Of a stretch of DNA of 64,000 bases, positions 1 through 11,119 are shown piece by piece. Each line of letters opens with the position of its first letter. Position 1 is the first letter of the stretch. The notes beneath the pieces are model-generated. The model ran no database searches. It saw nothing but the letters and a program-made list of their open reading frames with translations, and was not told the DNA's origin. The position numbers were made by a program, and so were the translations under genes. This DNA is from Gammaproteobacteria bacterium (GTDB taxonomy: Bacteria; Pseudomonadota; Gammaproteobacteria; DAOVJZ01): contig JAOUJV010000002.1 in the NCBI GenBank assembly GCA_029882995.1, positions 7,330 to 71,329 on the forward strand, in the 5' to 3' direction.

Positions 1-284
1 AAGGTTCCGGTGTAAATGAAAAGGGCATTGTTGAATCTAATAATGGAGACAAGGGGCCTAAACCGGGCGATGTGATTGTTGCTGTTGATGAACGTTATTT
101 CCGCCCGACAGAAGTCGAAACCTTATTGGGAGATCCTACAAAGGCTAAAAAAGTACTGGGATGGACACCTAAAATCAGCTTTAAAGAACTTGTTGCAGAA
201 ATGGTTGAGGTTGATCTTAGTGCCGCAGAGCGTGATGAATTAGTTAAAAAACACGGCTATTCTACCTACGATTACAACGAATAA
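1..284 (+). CDS. gmd: GDP-mannose 4,6-dehydratase, C-terminal part. The 5' end lies upstream of the window.
   Basis: The frame is open from position 3. The C-terminus '...[27 protein letters not shown]...' matches the conserved Gmd C-terminus. The gene is followed directly by fcl. Confidence 0.85.
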   Translation, partial: GSGVNEKGIVESNNGDKGPKPGDVIVAVDERYFRPTEVETLLGDPTKAKKVLGWTPKISFKELVAEMVEVDLSAAERDELVKKHGYSTYDYNE

Positions 285-287
285 TTC

Positions 288-1226
288 ATGAATATTGAAG
301 ACAAGATCTACGTTGCAGGTCATCGAGGCCTTGTGGGCTCGGCTTTTATACGTCGACTCACGCAAGGTGGTTATGCGAACATTATTACCTGTACACATAA
401 AGAACTTGATCTAACTAATCAACAGGCAGTGAATGTTTTTTTTGCAAAAGAAAAACCGGATTATGTTTTTCTTTCAGCAGCCAAGGTGGGTGGTATTCAT
501 GCCAATAACACCTATCCTGCTGAATTCATCTATCAAAACCTGATGATTGAATCGAATATTATTCATGCTTCTTATTTGAATAAGGTAAAAAAATTATTAT
601 TTCTTGGTTCCAGTTGTATTTATCCCAAAATGGCACCCCAGCCGATGAAAGAAGAATACCTGTTAACAGGTGAGCTGGAGCCTACCAATGAGCCCTATGC
701 TGTTGCCAAGATTGCAGGTATCAAGATGTGTGGTGCTTATAATAGACAGTACAGGACTAACTATATCAGTGTTATGCCAACTAATTGCTATGGTCCTGGC
801 GATAATTACAATCTGGAAAACTCTCACGTCATTCCCGCACTTATTCGCAAGGCACATGAAGCCAAACAAAATAATGAGAAGGAAATGGTGGTTTGGGGCT
901 CTGGCAAGCCTATGCGTGAATTCCTTTATAGTGATGATCTTGCAGATGCCTGTATTTATCTGATGGAAAATTGTGATGCCGATCAGATAGGTGAATTTCT
1001 GAATATTGGCACCGGTAAAGACACGACCATCCGTGAATTGGCTGAATGTGTAAAAGAGGCAGTGGGTTTCGAAGGGAAGTTGACCTTTGATTCCAGCAAG
1101 CCTGACGGTACCCCAAGAAAACTGCTGGATGTGAGTCTATTAAATAGTCTTGGCTGGCAGGCAAAGACCAGCTTCAAGGATGGCCTCAAAATGGCTTATC
1201 AAGCGTTCTTACAAGAACAAATCTAA
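288..1226 (+). CDS. fcl: GDP-L-fucose synthase (GDP-4-keto-6-deoxymannose 3,5-epimerase/4-reductase).
   Basis: 312 aa with an SDR N-terminus '[12 protein letters not shown]'. The sequence matches Fcl/WcaG throughout. The gene is paired with gmd. Confidence 0.9.
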   Translation: MNIEDKIYVAGHRGLVGSAFIRRLTQGGYANIITCTHKELDLTNQQAVNVFFAKEKPDYVFLSAAKVGGIHANNTYPAEFIYQNLMIESNIIHASYLNKVKKLLFLGSSCIYPKMAPQPMKEEYLLTGELEPTNEPYAVAKIAGIKMCGAYNRQYRTNYISVMPTNCYGPGDNYNLENSHVIPALIRKAHEAKQNNEKEMVVWGSGKPMREFLYSDDLADACIYLMENCDADQIGEFLNIGTGKDTTIRELAECVKEAVGFEGKLTFDSSKPDGTPRKLLDVSLLNSLGWQAKTSFKDGLKMAYQAFLQEQI

Positions 1227-1362
1227 AATTCCCCTCAATTCCTTCATAAGCTTGCTTTTTTCTGTGTTTATTGCTTAAATACATAGAGCGTTCACATAAT
1301 GAACACTCTTAAATAATAACTATAACATATTGATATTATTGGCAATCCTGTTAGGAGGCCGC

Positions 1363-1875
1363 ATGGAAAGCAGTGATAATAAGGCATGGTATGTAATCCA
1401 GGCCAAACCAAGAAATGAATTTGCTGCTCGGGATAACCTTGAAAGACAGGGTTATTCTACTTATCTGCCTGTTGTCTCCCAGCCTCGCCGCCGAAACAAT
1501 CGTAGAATCTATATCACTGAGCCCCTGTTTCCCCGTTATTTGTTTATCCAACTCAATAAGAGTACAGATAATTGGTCACCCATTCGTTCAACTATTGGTG
1601 TTTCCAAACTGGTTAGTTTTGGCTTTGTACCGGCAAAGATGCCAGATGAACTAATCAGTATGCTGCAGGAAAGGGAAAACACGGATGGATTGCATGAAAT
1701 TACAACAGAATTTAAGTCGGGTGAAAAGATCAGGATTGAAGACGGGCCAATGACAGGTTATGAAGGTGTGTTCCTGGCTCAAACCAGCAAGGAAAGAGTT
1801 ATCGTGTTGTTGGAAATATTAGGCAGAGAATCCCGAATCAAGGTAAGCCCGGATTTATTATCGAAAGTAAGTTAA
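1363..1875 (+). CDS. rfaH: RfaH/NusG-family transcription antiterminator (NGN + KOW).
   Basis: 'KAWYVIQAKPRNE...' is an NGN domain and there is a C-terminal KOW-like segment. An AGGAGG sits at 1353-1358 before the ATG at 1363. The ORF-track start at 1330 is probably spurious. Confidence 0.7.
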   Translation: MESSDNKAWYVIQAKPRNEFAARDNLERQGYSTYLPVVSQPRRRNNRRIYITEPLFPRYLFIQLNKSTDNWSPIRSTIGVSKLVSFGFVPAKMPDELISMLQERENTDGLHEITTEFKSGEKIRIEDGPMTGYEGVFLAQTSKERVIVLLEILGRESRIKVSPDLLSKVS

Positions 1876-1887
1876 CAAATATTTTTA

Positions 1888-2499
1888 ATGAATAATAAAC
1901 ATTTAAAAGAAGAACAACTTACGCTGGAACTTCTTGATGCGATTGAGAAGGACAGTGATATCAGTCAACGCCACCTGGCAAAAAAAATGGGGATAGCTTT
2001 AGGACTTGCAAATTCATATCTCAAGCGTTGTATAAAAAAAGGATTAATCAAGATACATGATGCCCCTGCTAATCGTTATTTATACTATATAACTCCCCAA
2101 GGCTTTACAGAAAAAAGTCGTTTGACGGCACAATATTTATCTTATTCTTTTTCATTTTATCGTGAGGCTGGAGAATCATGCAAAAAAGTCTACGATAAAG
2201 CCAAAAATAATGGATGGAATAAAATTTTACTTTGCGGGATATCTGATTTTGCCGAGATTGCATCCATTCGTGCAATGGAAATGGATATGGATGTTATAGG
2301 CATATTATCGCCAGAGAGTAGTGAAAATATTTTTATAGGGAAGCCAGTTTATAAAACCATCAACAGTGCAGGTGCTTATGATGTGCTTGTTATAACTGAT
2401 CTTGATTCGCCAAAAGATATATATATGAATTTAAAAAATGAGGTTAAAGAAGCACGGATATTAGTGCCGGATATACTACGCATGGAATCAGGAGATTAA
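1888..2499 (+). CDS. Winged-helix transcriptional regulator with a C-terminal Rossmann-like (Rex-like) domain.
   Basis: N-terminal wHTH 'ISQRHLAKKMGIALGLANSYLKRCIKKGLI'. The C-terminal 'ILLCGISDFAEI...GKPVY...VLVITDL' is laid out like Rex but lacks a clean GxGxxG motif. Confidence 0.45.
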   Translation: MNNKHLKEEQLTLELLDAIEKDSDISQRHLAKKMGIALGLANSYLKRCIKKGLIKIHDAPANRYLYYITPQGFTEKSRLTAQYLSYSFSFYREAGESCKKVYDKAKNNGWNKILLCGISDFAEIASIRAMEMDMDVIGILSPESSENIFIGKPVYKTINSAGAYDVLVITDLDSPKDIYMNLKNEVKEARILVPDILRMESGD

Positions 2500-2611
2500 T
2501 TACAGTAATTTATTAGTAATTAATTATGTCCATGTGATTTTTTAGAACAAGTTGTTAGTTGAGTTTTTGCGAAATTAATACAAGGCTGTGCGGTGATATA
2601 AATTACTGCAT

Positions 2612-2623
2612 GGCGGTAGCGTG
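2612..2623 (+). promoter_or_regulatory. ops (operon polarity suppressor) element GGCGGTAGCGTG, the RfaH recruitment site.
   Basis: Exact 12-mer GGCGGTAGCGTG on the + strand, 30 bp upstream of the wzz start codon, in the leader of the long + strand operon. Confidence 0.75.
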
Positions 2624-2654
2624 TCTGCCGGGTATTAATAAATGAGGGATAATA

Positions 2655-3506
2655 ATGTTGGAACAACATAATAAATCACAAGGCGAACTTAATTTTATCG
2701 ACATATGGAAGATTATTGTTTTCTATAAGAAGTTTGTACTTGGTATATCAGTAATGGCCATGCTTTTGGCTCTTATATTGGTGAGTTTTAAACAGGCTGA
2801 ATGGGAGGCAACAGGCTACGTTCGGGTTGGGGGAATAATAAATGAAGAGGATGGGCAGCAATATAGGTATCTCATTGAGCCTGTGCCAGCTGCGGTTGCA
2901 CGAATGAAGTTAAGACCTTTTCAAGACAAAGTGTTTACTAAGAGATTTGACCTAAAAGCTGACGAAGATTTGTCTAATAGGAGGATATACTATGATTCAT
3001 TAGATATCGAAGGCATATATCAGACTGATTTTTTAAAAATAAATGTAAAAGGATATTCAGAAAAATTAGCAATACTTAACATAAAAGAAACCGTGGCAAC
3101 ATTACAAAAAATTCATAATGATTTAGCTTCTCCGCTTGTAAAAAATACAAGTGAAAAACTAGATCAGGTAAGGCTACAGATCGAAGAAATTCAAAAAGAG
3201 AGAGAGAAGTTGTTAGGGAATAATCCTCAGAAGAACACAATTCTTTCCGATAAGAATATAATAAAAAATATTTTTTTATCAAATATATTAAATACCCAAG
3301 AAAGTGAAATACGTAAACTCGAATTGTTGGAGCTTGATTATAAAAACAAATTGAAACTAATGAATATCTATCCAACCGCTTTAGTAGGTGAGGTTTATAT
3401 TGATCCGCCTAATATATGGAGAGATGTACTCATTGTAGTGCTTGCCGGAATTATGGGAGTGATATTGGGAGTGGCTATATCCTTGTTTAGAAAAAGAAGT
3501 AATTGA
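2655..3506 (+). CDS. wzz: Polysaccharide co-polymerase / O-antigen chain-length determinant (Wzz, PCP-1-like).
   Basis: An N-terminal TM helix after 'IDIWKII', a long periplasmic coiled-coil region, and a C-terminal TM 'VLIVVLAGIMGVILGVAISLF' followed by basic residues. Confidence 0.75.
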   Translation: MLEQHNKSQGELNFIDIWKIIVFYKKFVLGISVMAMLLALILVSFKQAEWEATGYVRVGGIINEEDGQQYRYLIEPVPAAVARMKLRPFQDKVFTKRFDLKADEDLSNRRIYYDSLDIEGIYQTDFLKINVKGYSEKLAILNIKETVATLQKIHNDLASPLVKNTSEKLDQVRLQIEEIQKEREKLLGNNPQKNTILSDKNIIKNIFLSNILNTQESEIRKLELLELDYKNKLKLMNIYPTALVGEVYIDPPNIWRDVLIVVLAGIMGVILGVAISLFRKRSN

Positions 3507-3697
3507 CAGTAAAATAGCAAGTAAAGACAATAATGATATTGTATCCTGTTTTGTTTATGTTAAATTTAATTGATAGAAAGGGAAGTGTGGTTTGAATTCA
3601 TGCTGAAATGTTTGTGCGTGTTTATATGTTCATATGTATCCTCTTTGTAAGGATAAAATGCATACATAGCTGTCATAGCATTACAGTGGAACAGTAA

Positions 3698-4743
<1,046 letters not shown>

Positions 4744-4744
<1 letters not shown>

Positions 4745-5898
4745 TGATTCCCTATGGCCGTCAAAGTATTTCTGAGGATGATATCCAGGCCGTTGTTGAT
4801 GTGCTGAGGTCCGATTTTTTAACTCAGGGACCAATCGTTCCCAAGTTTGAAAAGAAAGTATGTGATTATACTACAGCTAAATACGCTATTGCGGTTAATA
4901 GTGGTACATCCGCTCTCCATTTGGCTTGTCTAGCATTAGGACTGACAAAGGGCGATTGGTTTTGGACAACACCAGTTAGTTTTGTAGCATCGGCTAATTG
5001 CGGACTTTATTGTGGTGCCCAAGTTGATTTTGTTGATATTGACCCCTTGACATGGAATATGAGTACAGAGAAATTAAAAGAAAAACTGGTGCAGGCCAAG
5101 CATGAAGATAGGCTTCCAAAAGTATTAGTTGCAGTACATTTTTGTGGATTACCCTGTGATATGGAAGAGATATATGTTTTGTCACAGGAGTATGGTTTCA
5201 GGATTATTGAGGATGCATGCCATGCTATTGGTGGTAGATATCAGGATGAGCCAGTTGGTAATTGTCGATACAGTGATATAACGGTATTTAGTTTTCATCC
5301 AGTAAAGACTATAACCACTGGTGAAGGTGGTATGGCCATTACCAATGATAAGAAATTGGCAGAAAAAATGGAGTTGCTTCGAAGCCATGGAATTACACGT
5401 AATCCCAATTTGATGACCCATGTACCAGACGGGCCATGGTATTACCAGCAGATTGATTTGGGTTTTAACTATCGGATGACAGATATTCAAGCAGCACTCG
5501 GTAATAGTCAAATGTACCGCCTTGATGATTTTGTTTCAAAACGACATAAGATCGCAGAAAGATACAGAAAAATGCTTGCAGATCTTCCACTGCATCTGCC
5601 ACATAGTTCAACGAGTAAATATTCAGGTTTCCATTTATATGTGGTTCGCCTACTGAGTGAAAAGGTTACAGGTACCCACAGAGAGATATTTGACGCACTA
5701 AGAGGGAAAGGGATAGGTGTTAACTCACACTATATTCCGATACACACTCAGCCATTTTACCAAAAGATGGGTTTTCGTTGTGGTGACTTTCCACAAGCTG
5801 AATCCTACTACGCTGAGACAATCAGTCTGCCAATGTACCCCGATCTTACAAAAGATATGCAAGAAAAAGTAGTTGATGCGCTCAGAGAGTTGTTGTAA
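4744..5898 (+). CDS. pseC: UDP-4-amino-4,6-dideoxy-N-acetyl-beta-L-altrosamine transaminase, PseC (DegT family).
   Basis: Canonical 'MIPYGRQ' start at 4744, overlapping the pseB stop (TAATG). DegT/DnrJ PLP fold. Confidence 0.85.
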
Positions 5899-6602
5899 TG
5901 AAAATCGCAATTATTCCAGCAAGGGGAGGGAGCAAAAGAATACCTAGAAAGAACATCAAAGACTTCTGTGGGAAGCCTATTATTGCCTATTCAATTCAGG
6001 CTTGCATGGAAACAGGGCTCTTTGATCAAGTTATTGTTTCAACAGATGATGAAGAAATTGCATCAAAAGCGAAGGAATGGGGTGCTAGCGTACCTTTCAT
6101 ACGCCCAAAGGAGTTGTCTGATGATTATACCGGGACAAATTCTGTAATTAAGCACGCTGTTGATTGGCTTAATGATAAAGGTCAAATTGTAGAACATGTT
6201 TGCTGTGTATATGCAACCGCACCATTTGTGCAATCAAAATATTTGATTGAAGGCTTTGAAAAGTTAATTTCTGAAAAGAGTACATTTTCTTTTTCTGTTA
6301 CAAGCTTTCCATTCCCTATTCAGCGAGCAGTCAGGATTAATCACTCTGGAAGAGTAGAAGCCATTTATCCACAGTATATAGATAGCCGCTCACAGGATAT
6401 TGAAGAATCCTATCATGATGCTGGTCAATTTTATTGGGGGACAGCAAGTGGATTTATTAATGATGTAACAATGTTTTCTCCTGATTCAGTGCCTATCATG
6501 CTTCCACGCCATTTAGTACAAGATATTGACACCCCCGAAGATTGGCTTCATGCAGAGTTAATGTATAAAACATGGTTAAATTCTGACGCGAGGAATCTGT
6601 GA
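5898..6602 (+). CDS. pseF: Pseudaminic acid cytidylyltransferase (CMP-Pse synthetase), PseF.
   Basis: 'MKIAIIPARGGSKRIPRKN' is the NeuA/PseF acylneuraminate cytidylyltransferase motif. Confidence 0.85.
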   Translation: MKIAIIPARGGSKRIPRKNIKDFCGKPIIAYSIQACMETGLFDQVIVSTDDEEIASKAKEWGASVPFIRPKELSDDYTGTNSVIKHAVDWLNDKGQIVEHVCCVYATAPFVQSKYLIEGFEKLISEKSTFSFSVTSFPFPIQRAVRINHSGRVEAIYPQYIDSRSQDIEESYHDAGQFYWGTASGFINDVTMFSPDSVPIMLPRHLVQDIDTPEDWLHAELMYKTWLNSDARNL

Positions 6603-7687
6603 GGATAATTATTCGTGCAGATGCATCTATTACTATTGGCAGTGGGCATATTATGCGTTGTCTCACTTTAGCAGAAGAACTACAGAATAGAGGTGATGAG
6701 GTACATTTTGTTTGTCGTGAATTGCATGGGCATTTGGGTGATTTAATCAAAGAAAAAAAAATCCAACTTTCATTATTGCCAACACCTGATGATAAAAGAA
6801 ATCCAGCAGATAATAGTGCATTAGTACAATTAACGGGTGTGAGTCAAAAGCAAGATGCTGAGGAGACTATCAAAGCGATTGGAGATAGCCGTATAGATTG
6901 GTTGATTGTAGATCACTATGGGATTGATGCTCAATGGCATGGAAAATTACGTAATAGCAGTAAAAAAATTTTGGTGATAGATGACTTGGCTAATCGTATG
7001 CTGGATTGTGATTTATTATTGGATCAGACATATGGTCGCGAAGAGTCAGATTATTTTCAATTTTTACCGAGATATTGTAAGAAACTAATGGGGTCTCAGT
7101 ATGCCTTATTACGGCCACAATTTTCACAACTAAGACAAGATGCAATGGAAAAAAGAAAGAAGCTAACATGTGTTAGTAAAATTCTTGTAAGTATGGGAGG
7201 GATGGACCCTGATAATATCTCATCAATAGTTATAGATGGTTTGTCAAAAGTTAATTGGTTAAATTTAGTTGAAGTAGATGTGGTACTGGGAGAAAAGGCC
7301 CCTTATTTTGGATCATTGAGGAACAAGCCTGAAACACAAGGGATTAAATTTAATTTCTTGAGTAATGTTTCTAATATGGCAGAGTTAATGTTGGATGCTG
7401 ATATTGCTATAGGTGCTGGAGGAACAACTACTTGGGAAAGGTGCTGCCTTGGGTTGCCTGCATTATTGACGATTAATGCAGAGAATCAATCCACTATAAT
7501 AAAAAACCTTTCTACTTCTGGTGCAATACTTAATCTTGGTTGGCATTTTGATCTAACTCCAATAAAAATCTCAAGCTTAATTGAGAAATTATTAAAATCG
7601 ATTAAAAGCATTAAACAAATGAGCGATAAGTGTTTTCATGTTTGTGATGGCGCGGGAGTCAAACGTGTTGCAAGTAATTTAATATGA
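6599..7687 (+). CDS. pseG: UDP-2,4-diacetamido-2,4,6-trideoxy-beta-L-altropyranose hydrolase, PseG.
   Basis: N-terminal 'IRADASITIGSGHIMRCLTLA' with a GT-B-like (MurG-like) fold, typical of PseG. Position in the operon fits. Confidence 0.8.
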   Translation: MRIIIRADASITIGSGHIMRCLTLAEELQNRGDEVHFVCRELHGHLGDLIKEKKIQLSLLPTPDDKRNPADNSALVQLTGVSQKQDAEETIKAIGDSRIDWLIVDHYGIDAQWHGKLRNSSKKILVIDDLANRMLDCDLLLDQTYGREESDYFQFLPRYCKKLMGSQYALLRPQFSQLRQDAMEKRKKLTCVSKILVSMGGMDPDNISSIVIDGLSKVNWLNLVEVDVVLGEKAPYFGSLRNKPETQGIKFNFLSNVSNMAELMLDADIAIGAGGTTTWERCCLGLPALLTINAENQSTIIKNLSTSGAILNLGWHFDLTPIKISSLIEKLLKSIKSIKQMSDKCFHVCDGAGVKRVASNLI

Positions 7688-8352
7688 GCGGAACAAATAT
7701 AGACTGGTGGGAAAGGCCAAGAGTAATTTTCATTGTTGTTGATAATGATAGCTGGATACTTCCATATGCCGACACTTTAGTGGAAGAAATAAACAAACGT
7801 GGCGATAAAGCTAAGCTATGTCGAAACCATCATGAAATTCAAAAAGGTGTGGTTGCATTTTATATGGGGTGTGTGAAGGTGACTCCGCGAGAAATTCTTG
7901 ATAAGAACAGATATAACGTCGTAGTACATGAAAGCGATCTTCCAATAGGCAGAGGATTTTCACCATTAATATGGCAGATATTAGAAGGTAAAAACATTAT
8001 TCCAGTATGCCTTATTGAAGCAGATGATGATGTGGATGCAGGGTGTATATATATGAAACGTGAAATTAAATTGCAAGGTCATGAATTGAACCATGAAATA
8101 CGTCATAAACAGGGTCAATTAACTGTTGAGATGTGTCTGGATTTTCTTGAGAATTCAAATCCGCCTGTGGGGATCGCTCAACAAGGCGAACCTTCAATCT
8201 ATTGCAAACGCACACCAGAAGACAGCAAATTGGATATAAATAAAAGTATTGCTGAACAATTTAATTTGTTGCGCGTTGTAGATAATGACAGATACCCAGC
8301 CTTCTTTGAAAAAGATGGATGCAGGTATACGCTTAAAATTGAAAAAGCCTAG
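7684..8352 (+). CDS. Formyltransferase-domain protein (sugar N-formyltransferase-like), sitting where pseH is expected.
   Basis: 'NVVVHESDLPIGRGFSPLIWQILEG' matches the N10-formyl-THF formyltransferase catalytic motif (N..H..SLLP..RG), with a downstream Asp cluster. 222 aa. It lies between pseG and hisH. Confidence 0.6.
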   Translation: MSGTNIDWWERPRVIFIVVDNDSWILPYADTLVEEINKRGDKAKLCRNHHEIQKGVVAFYMGCVKVTPREILDKNRYNVVVHESDLPIGRGFSPLIWQILEGKNIIPVCLIEADDDVDAGCIYMKREIKLQGHELNHEIRHKQGQLTVEMCLDFLENSNPPVGIAQQGEPSIYCKRTPEDSKLDINKSIAEQFNLLRVVDNDRYPAFFEKDGCRYTLKIEKA

Positions 8353-8429
8353 CCGAGTCTTGGTAAAAAATTCATTACAAATAAACAGGCTCATAAATTA
8401 TCGTCATATAAGCGAGATGGATATATATT

Positions 8430-9047
8430 GTGAAAATTGTTGTCATTAATACGAATACCAGCAATATTACTTCAGTCGTCAATGCATTTAAGTATGTAGG
8501 CGCAGATGTTTTGGTTAGTGATGAAGCAGAAGTGATACTGAGGGCAGACAAAGCGATTATACCCGGAGTAGGTTCCTTTTCTGCTGGCTATAATGGTTTG
8601 GTGAAAAATAAGCTAGTTGATACTATCAGGCAGATTGCAGTTAAACAGGAAAAACCAGTTTTGGGAATTTGTCTAGGTATGCAGATGTTGGCAACAGCCA
8701 GTGAAGAAGGTGGTGATTATAAAGGTTTGGATCTAATCCCCGGGCGCGTTAAAAAGTTAAAAAATGATCAGCCCGAATACCGTATACCAAATATTGGTTG
8801 GTGTGATGTTCGTCTAAATAGAGAAAATGTCTTGATCAATGAATATGACAAAATTCTATCATTCTATCATATTCATAGTTTCTATTTTGATTGTGATAAT
8901 AATGATCACGTGGTTGGGACAATCATATTTTCTGGTAAAGACGTGCCGGTGATGGTTCAAAGAAAAAATGTATTTGGTGTTCAGTTCCACCCGGAAAAGA
9001 GTCATGAGTGTGGTTTGGAATTACTTAGCAATTTTGTGAAATTATAG
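8430..9047 (+). CDS. hisH: Imidazole glycerol phosphate synthase HisH-like glutamine amidotransferase (LPS paralogue).
   Basis: Class I GATase 'GICLGMQML' (catalytic Cys) and 'FHPEKS'. GTG start. The gene sits in a polysaccharide operon next to a hisF-like gene, like hisH2/wbuY. Confidence 0.8.
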   Translation: MKIVVINTNTSNITSVVNAFKYVGADVLVSDEAEVILRADKAIIPGVGSFSAGYNGLVKNKLVDTIRQIAVKQEKPVLGICLGMQMLATASEEGGDYKGLDLIPGRVKKLKNDQPEYRIPNIGWCDVRLNRENVLINEYDKILSFYHIHSFYFDCDNNDHVVGTIIFSGKDVPVMVQRKNVFGVQFHPEKSHECGLELLSNFVKL

Positions 9048-9061
9048 AGGCTATTTACGAG

Positions 9062-11119
9062 ATGGCATACCCAAGACTTATACCTGTAATTTTGCTGAAA
9101 AATGGACAAATTGTTCGTAGCCAGAGTTTTCGAATTCATCAGGTGATTGGCAATCCAATTCATACCATACGCAGGCTTGGTAACTGGGGTGTCGATGAGT
9201 TAGTGCTTCTGGATATTAGTACGGAGGACTACCACGATATGAGGCGTGAAGACCTGCAAGTTAAATATACTGGTACTAATACGATTGAATTACTCCGCAT
9301 GATTGCAGATGTTAGCTTTATGCCGCTGACATTTGGTGGCAGGGTTAAATCGATTGCTGACATAAAAGAAAGACTGGCAGCAGGGGCAGACAAGGTATCA
9401 ATTAATAGTGAGGCATTCAGAAGTCCAGAATTAATTAAAAATGGGGCAGATGAATTAGGTAGCCAATGTATCGTTGTCAGTATTGATGCACGATGCCATA
9501 AAGATGGTTCCTATGAGGTGTATATTGATGGAGGAAAAACATCAACTGGAATGTCACCGGTCGATTGGGCCAGAAAAGCTGAAGAATTGGGGGCAGGCGA
9601 AATCTTCCTCAATTCAATCAATCAGGATGGGATCGGTAATGGATATGATCTGGAACTGTTAGAGAGTGTGGCTGGTGCTGTTGATATTCCTGTCATTGGT
9701 TGTGGTGGAGTGGGTAAGTATGAACACTTTGCCGAAGGACTTGCAAAAACACCTGTAGATGCTGTAGCAGCCGCGAATATCTTTAATTATTTTGAATTAA
9801 GTTATCCACTAGCAAAACAAAAGTGTATTGATTCTGGTATAGCCATGCGTCCTGTCGTGCTGGATAGTCCATGGTTTCCCAGAGAACCAGAGTATGATAC
9901 TGGCTTTGAAAACAACCTCTATGAAGAACGCATGAATAGGGCGACGAAAAATATTGGCCCAAAATCAACAGATAAAATCTTCCCGCCAGTAAGATGGTGT
10001 ACGCAATGTGTGTATCCTTCGATAAGCGCTGCCCCGATGGAGTTTGATGACGATGGAGTTTGCATGGGCTGCAGAATGTCAGTAAACAAAGTTGATATTC
10101 CTGAATCAGAGTGGGATGTTCGAAAGCAAATGCTGGTCGATATTCTTGAGCAAAACAGCGCAAAAGACGGTTCACGAGCTGATTGTATCATTGCGGTCAG
10201 TGGCGGTAAGGACAGCTATTTTCAAACACATTTTATTAAGAATGTGCTCGGTTTTCAGCCATTATTGATTACATATTACGGCAATAACTATTCAGAGGTT
10301 GGGCAACGAAATTTGCTCAATATGAAAGATGTATTTGGAGTTGACCATATTATTTATCAACCCAGTGTTAAATTATTGAAAAAATTAAATCGTCTAGGCT
10401 TTGAAATTATGGGTGATATGAATTGGCACAACCATATTGGGATATGTTCAATTCCGATGAAATTGGCAACCCAGCTTGGTATACCGATCGTTATCTGGGG
10501 TGAACATGGTTATGGGGATTTAGCTGGTCAATTCTCCATGAATGATTTTGTGGAATGGACATACCGGACGCGACTGGAACATTATTGTCGGGGTTATGAA
10601 TGGAATTATATGCTCGATAGAATGGGAATTACCGCAAAGGATATGGCGGCGTTTCAATATCCCTCTGACACAGAAATATTCCGGGTTGGATTGCGTGGAA
10701 TACACATGAGTAATTATGTCAAATGGGAAGCCAATGAGCATAGTCAACTGGTCCGTGAAAAATATGGGTTCGAGGTATCAGATGAACCATTTGATCGAAC
10801 ATACAGAACCATGTCAAATCTTGATGACATCCATGAGAATGGTGTTCACGACTACATGAAGTGGATAAAACTGGGCTATGGTCGTTGTACTGATCATGCA
10901 ACCAAAGATGTGCGTGCAGGTTTGATGTCTCGGGACGAAGCAATGCAACGTGTCATGAAATATGATCATGTTAAACCCCGTGACTTAAAACGCTGGCTTG
11001 AATATGTGGATATGACTGAAGCAGAGTTTGATGCTATTGCCGATACATTTCGTGATCCTCGGGTTTGGCGAAAGGAATCTGGTGAATGGCACAAAGATGT
11101 ACCATGGCCCAATAAATGA
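9062..11119 (+). CDS. Fusion protein: HisF-like cyclase domain (N) joined to an N-acetyl-sugar amidotransferase (WbpG/WbuX/PseA family, PP-loop ATP pyrophosphatase) (C).
   Basis: The N-terminus 'LIPVILLKNGQIVRSQSF...' is a HisF TIM barrel. The C-terminus has a CxxC...CxxC zinc ribbon and a PP-loop 'IIAVSGGKDS'. It is a single 685-aa ORF. Confidence 0.75.
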   Translation: MAYPRLIPVILLKNGQIVRSQSFRIHQVIGNPIHTIRRLGNWGVDELVLLDISTEDYHDMRREDLQVKYTGTNTIELLRMIADVSFMPLTFGGRVKSIADIKERLAAGADKVSINSEAFRSPELIKNGADELGSQCIVVSIDARCHKDGSYEVYIDGGKTSTGMSPVDWARKAEELGAGEIFLNSINQDGIGNGYDLELLESVAGAVDIPVIGCGGVGKYEHFAEGLAKTPVDAVAAANIFNYFELSYPLAKQKCIDSGIAMRPVVLDSPWFPREPEYDTGFENNLYEERMNRATKNIGPKSTDKIFPPVRWCTQCVYPSISAAPMEFDDDGVCMGCRMSVNKVDIPESEWDVRKQMLVDILEQNSAKDGSRADCIIAVSGGKDSYFQTHFIKNVLGFQPLLITYYGNNYSEVGQRNLLNMKDVFGVDHIIYQPSVKLLKKLNRLGFEIMGDMNWHNHIGICSIPMKLATQLGIPIVIWGEHGYGDLAGQFSMNDFVEWTYRTRLEHYCRGYEWNYMLDRMGITAKDMAAFQYPSDTEIFRVGLRGIHMSNYVKWEANEHSQLVREKYGFEVSDEPFDRTYRTMSNLDDIHENGVHDYMKWIKLGYGRCTDHATKDVRAGLMSRDEAMQRVMKYDHVKPRDLKRWLEYVDMTEAEFDAIADTFRDPRVWRKESGEWHKDVPWPNK

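Noticed and set aside
663-1189. Several antisense or alternative-frame ORFs (for example 663-869 on the - strand, 670-963 on the + strand, 910-1164 and 983-1189 on the - strand) inside fcl. There are many similar internal ORFs elsewhere, such as 9783-10191, 50172-51726, 56262-57691 and 58975-59823.
   Set aside because: They lie fully inside well-supported conserved genes on the other strand or frame, have no recognisable motifs, and have low-complexity translations. They are spurious reading frames.
1330-1362. Upstream extension 'MILLAILLGGR' of the RfaH-like ORF given by the ORF track.
   Set aside because: The extension is hydrophobic junk not found in RfaH/NusG proteins. An AGGAGG Shine-Dalgarno precedes the internal ATG at 1363. 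The start was moved to 1363.
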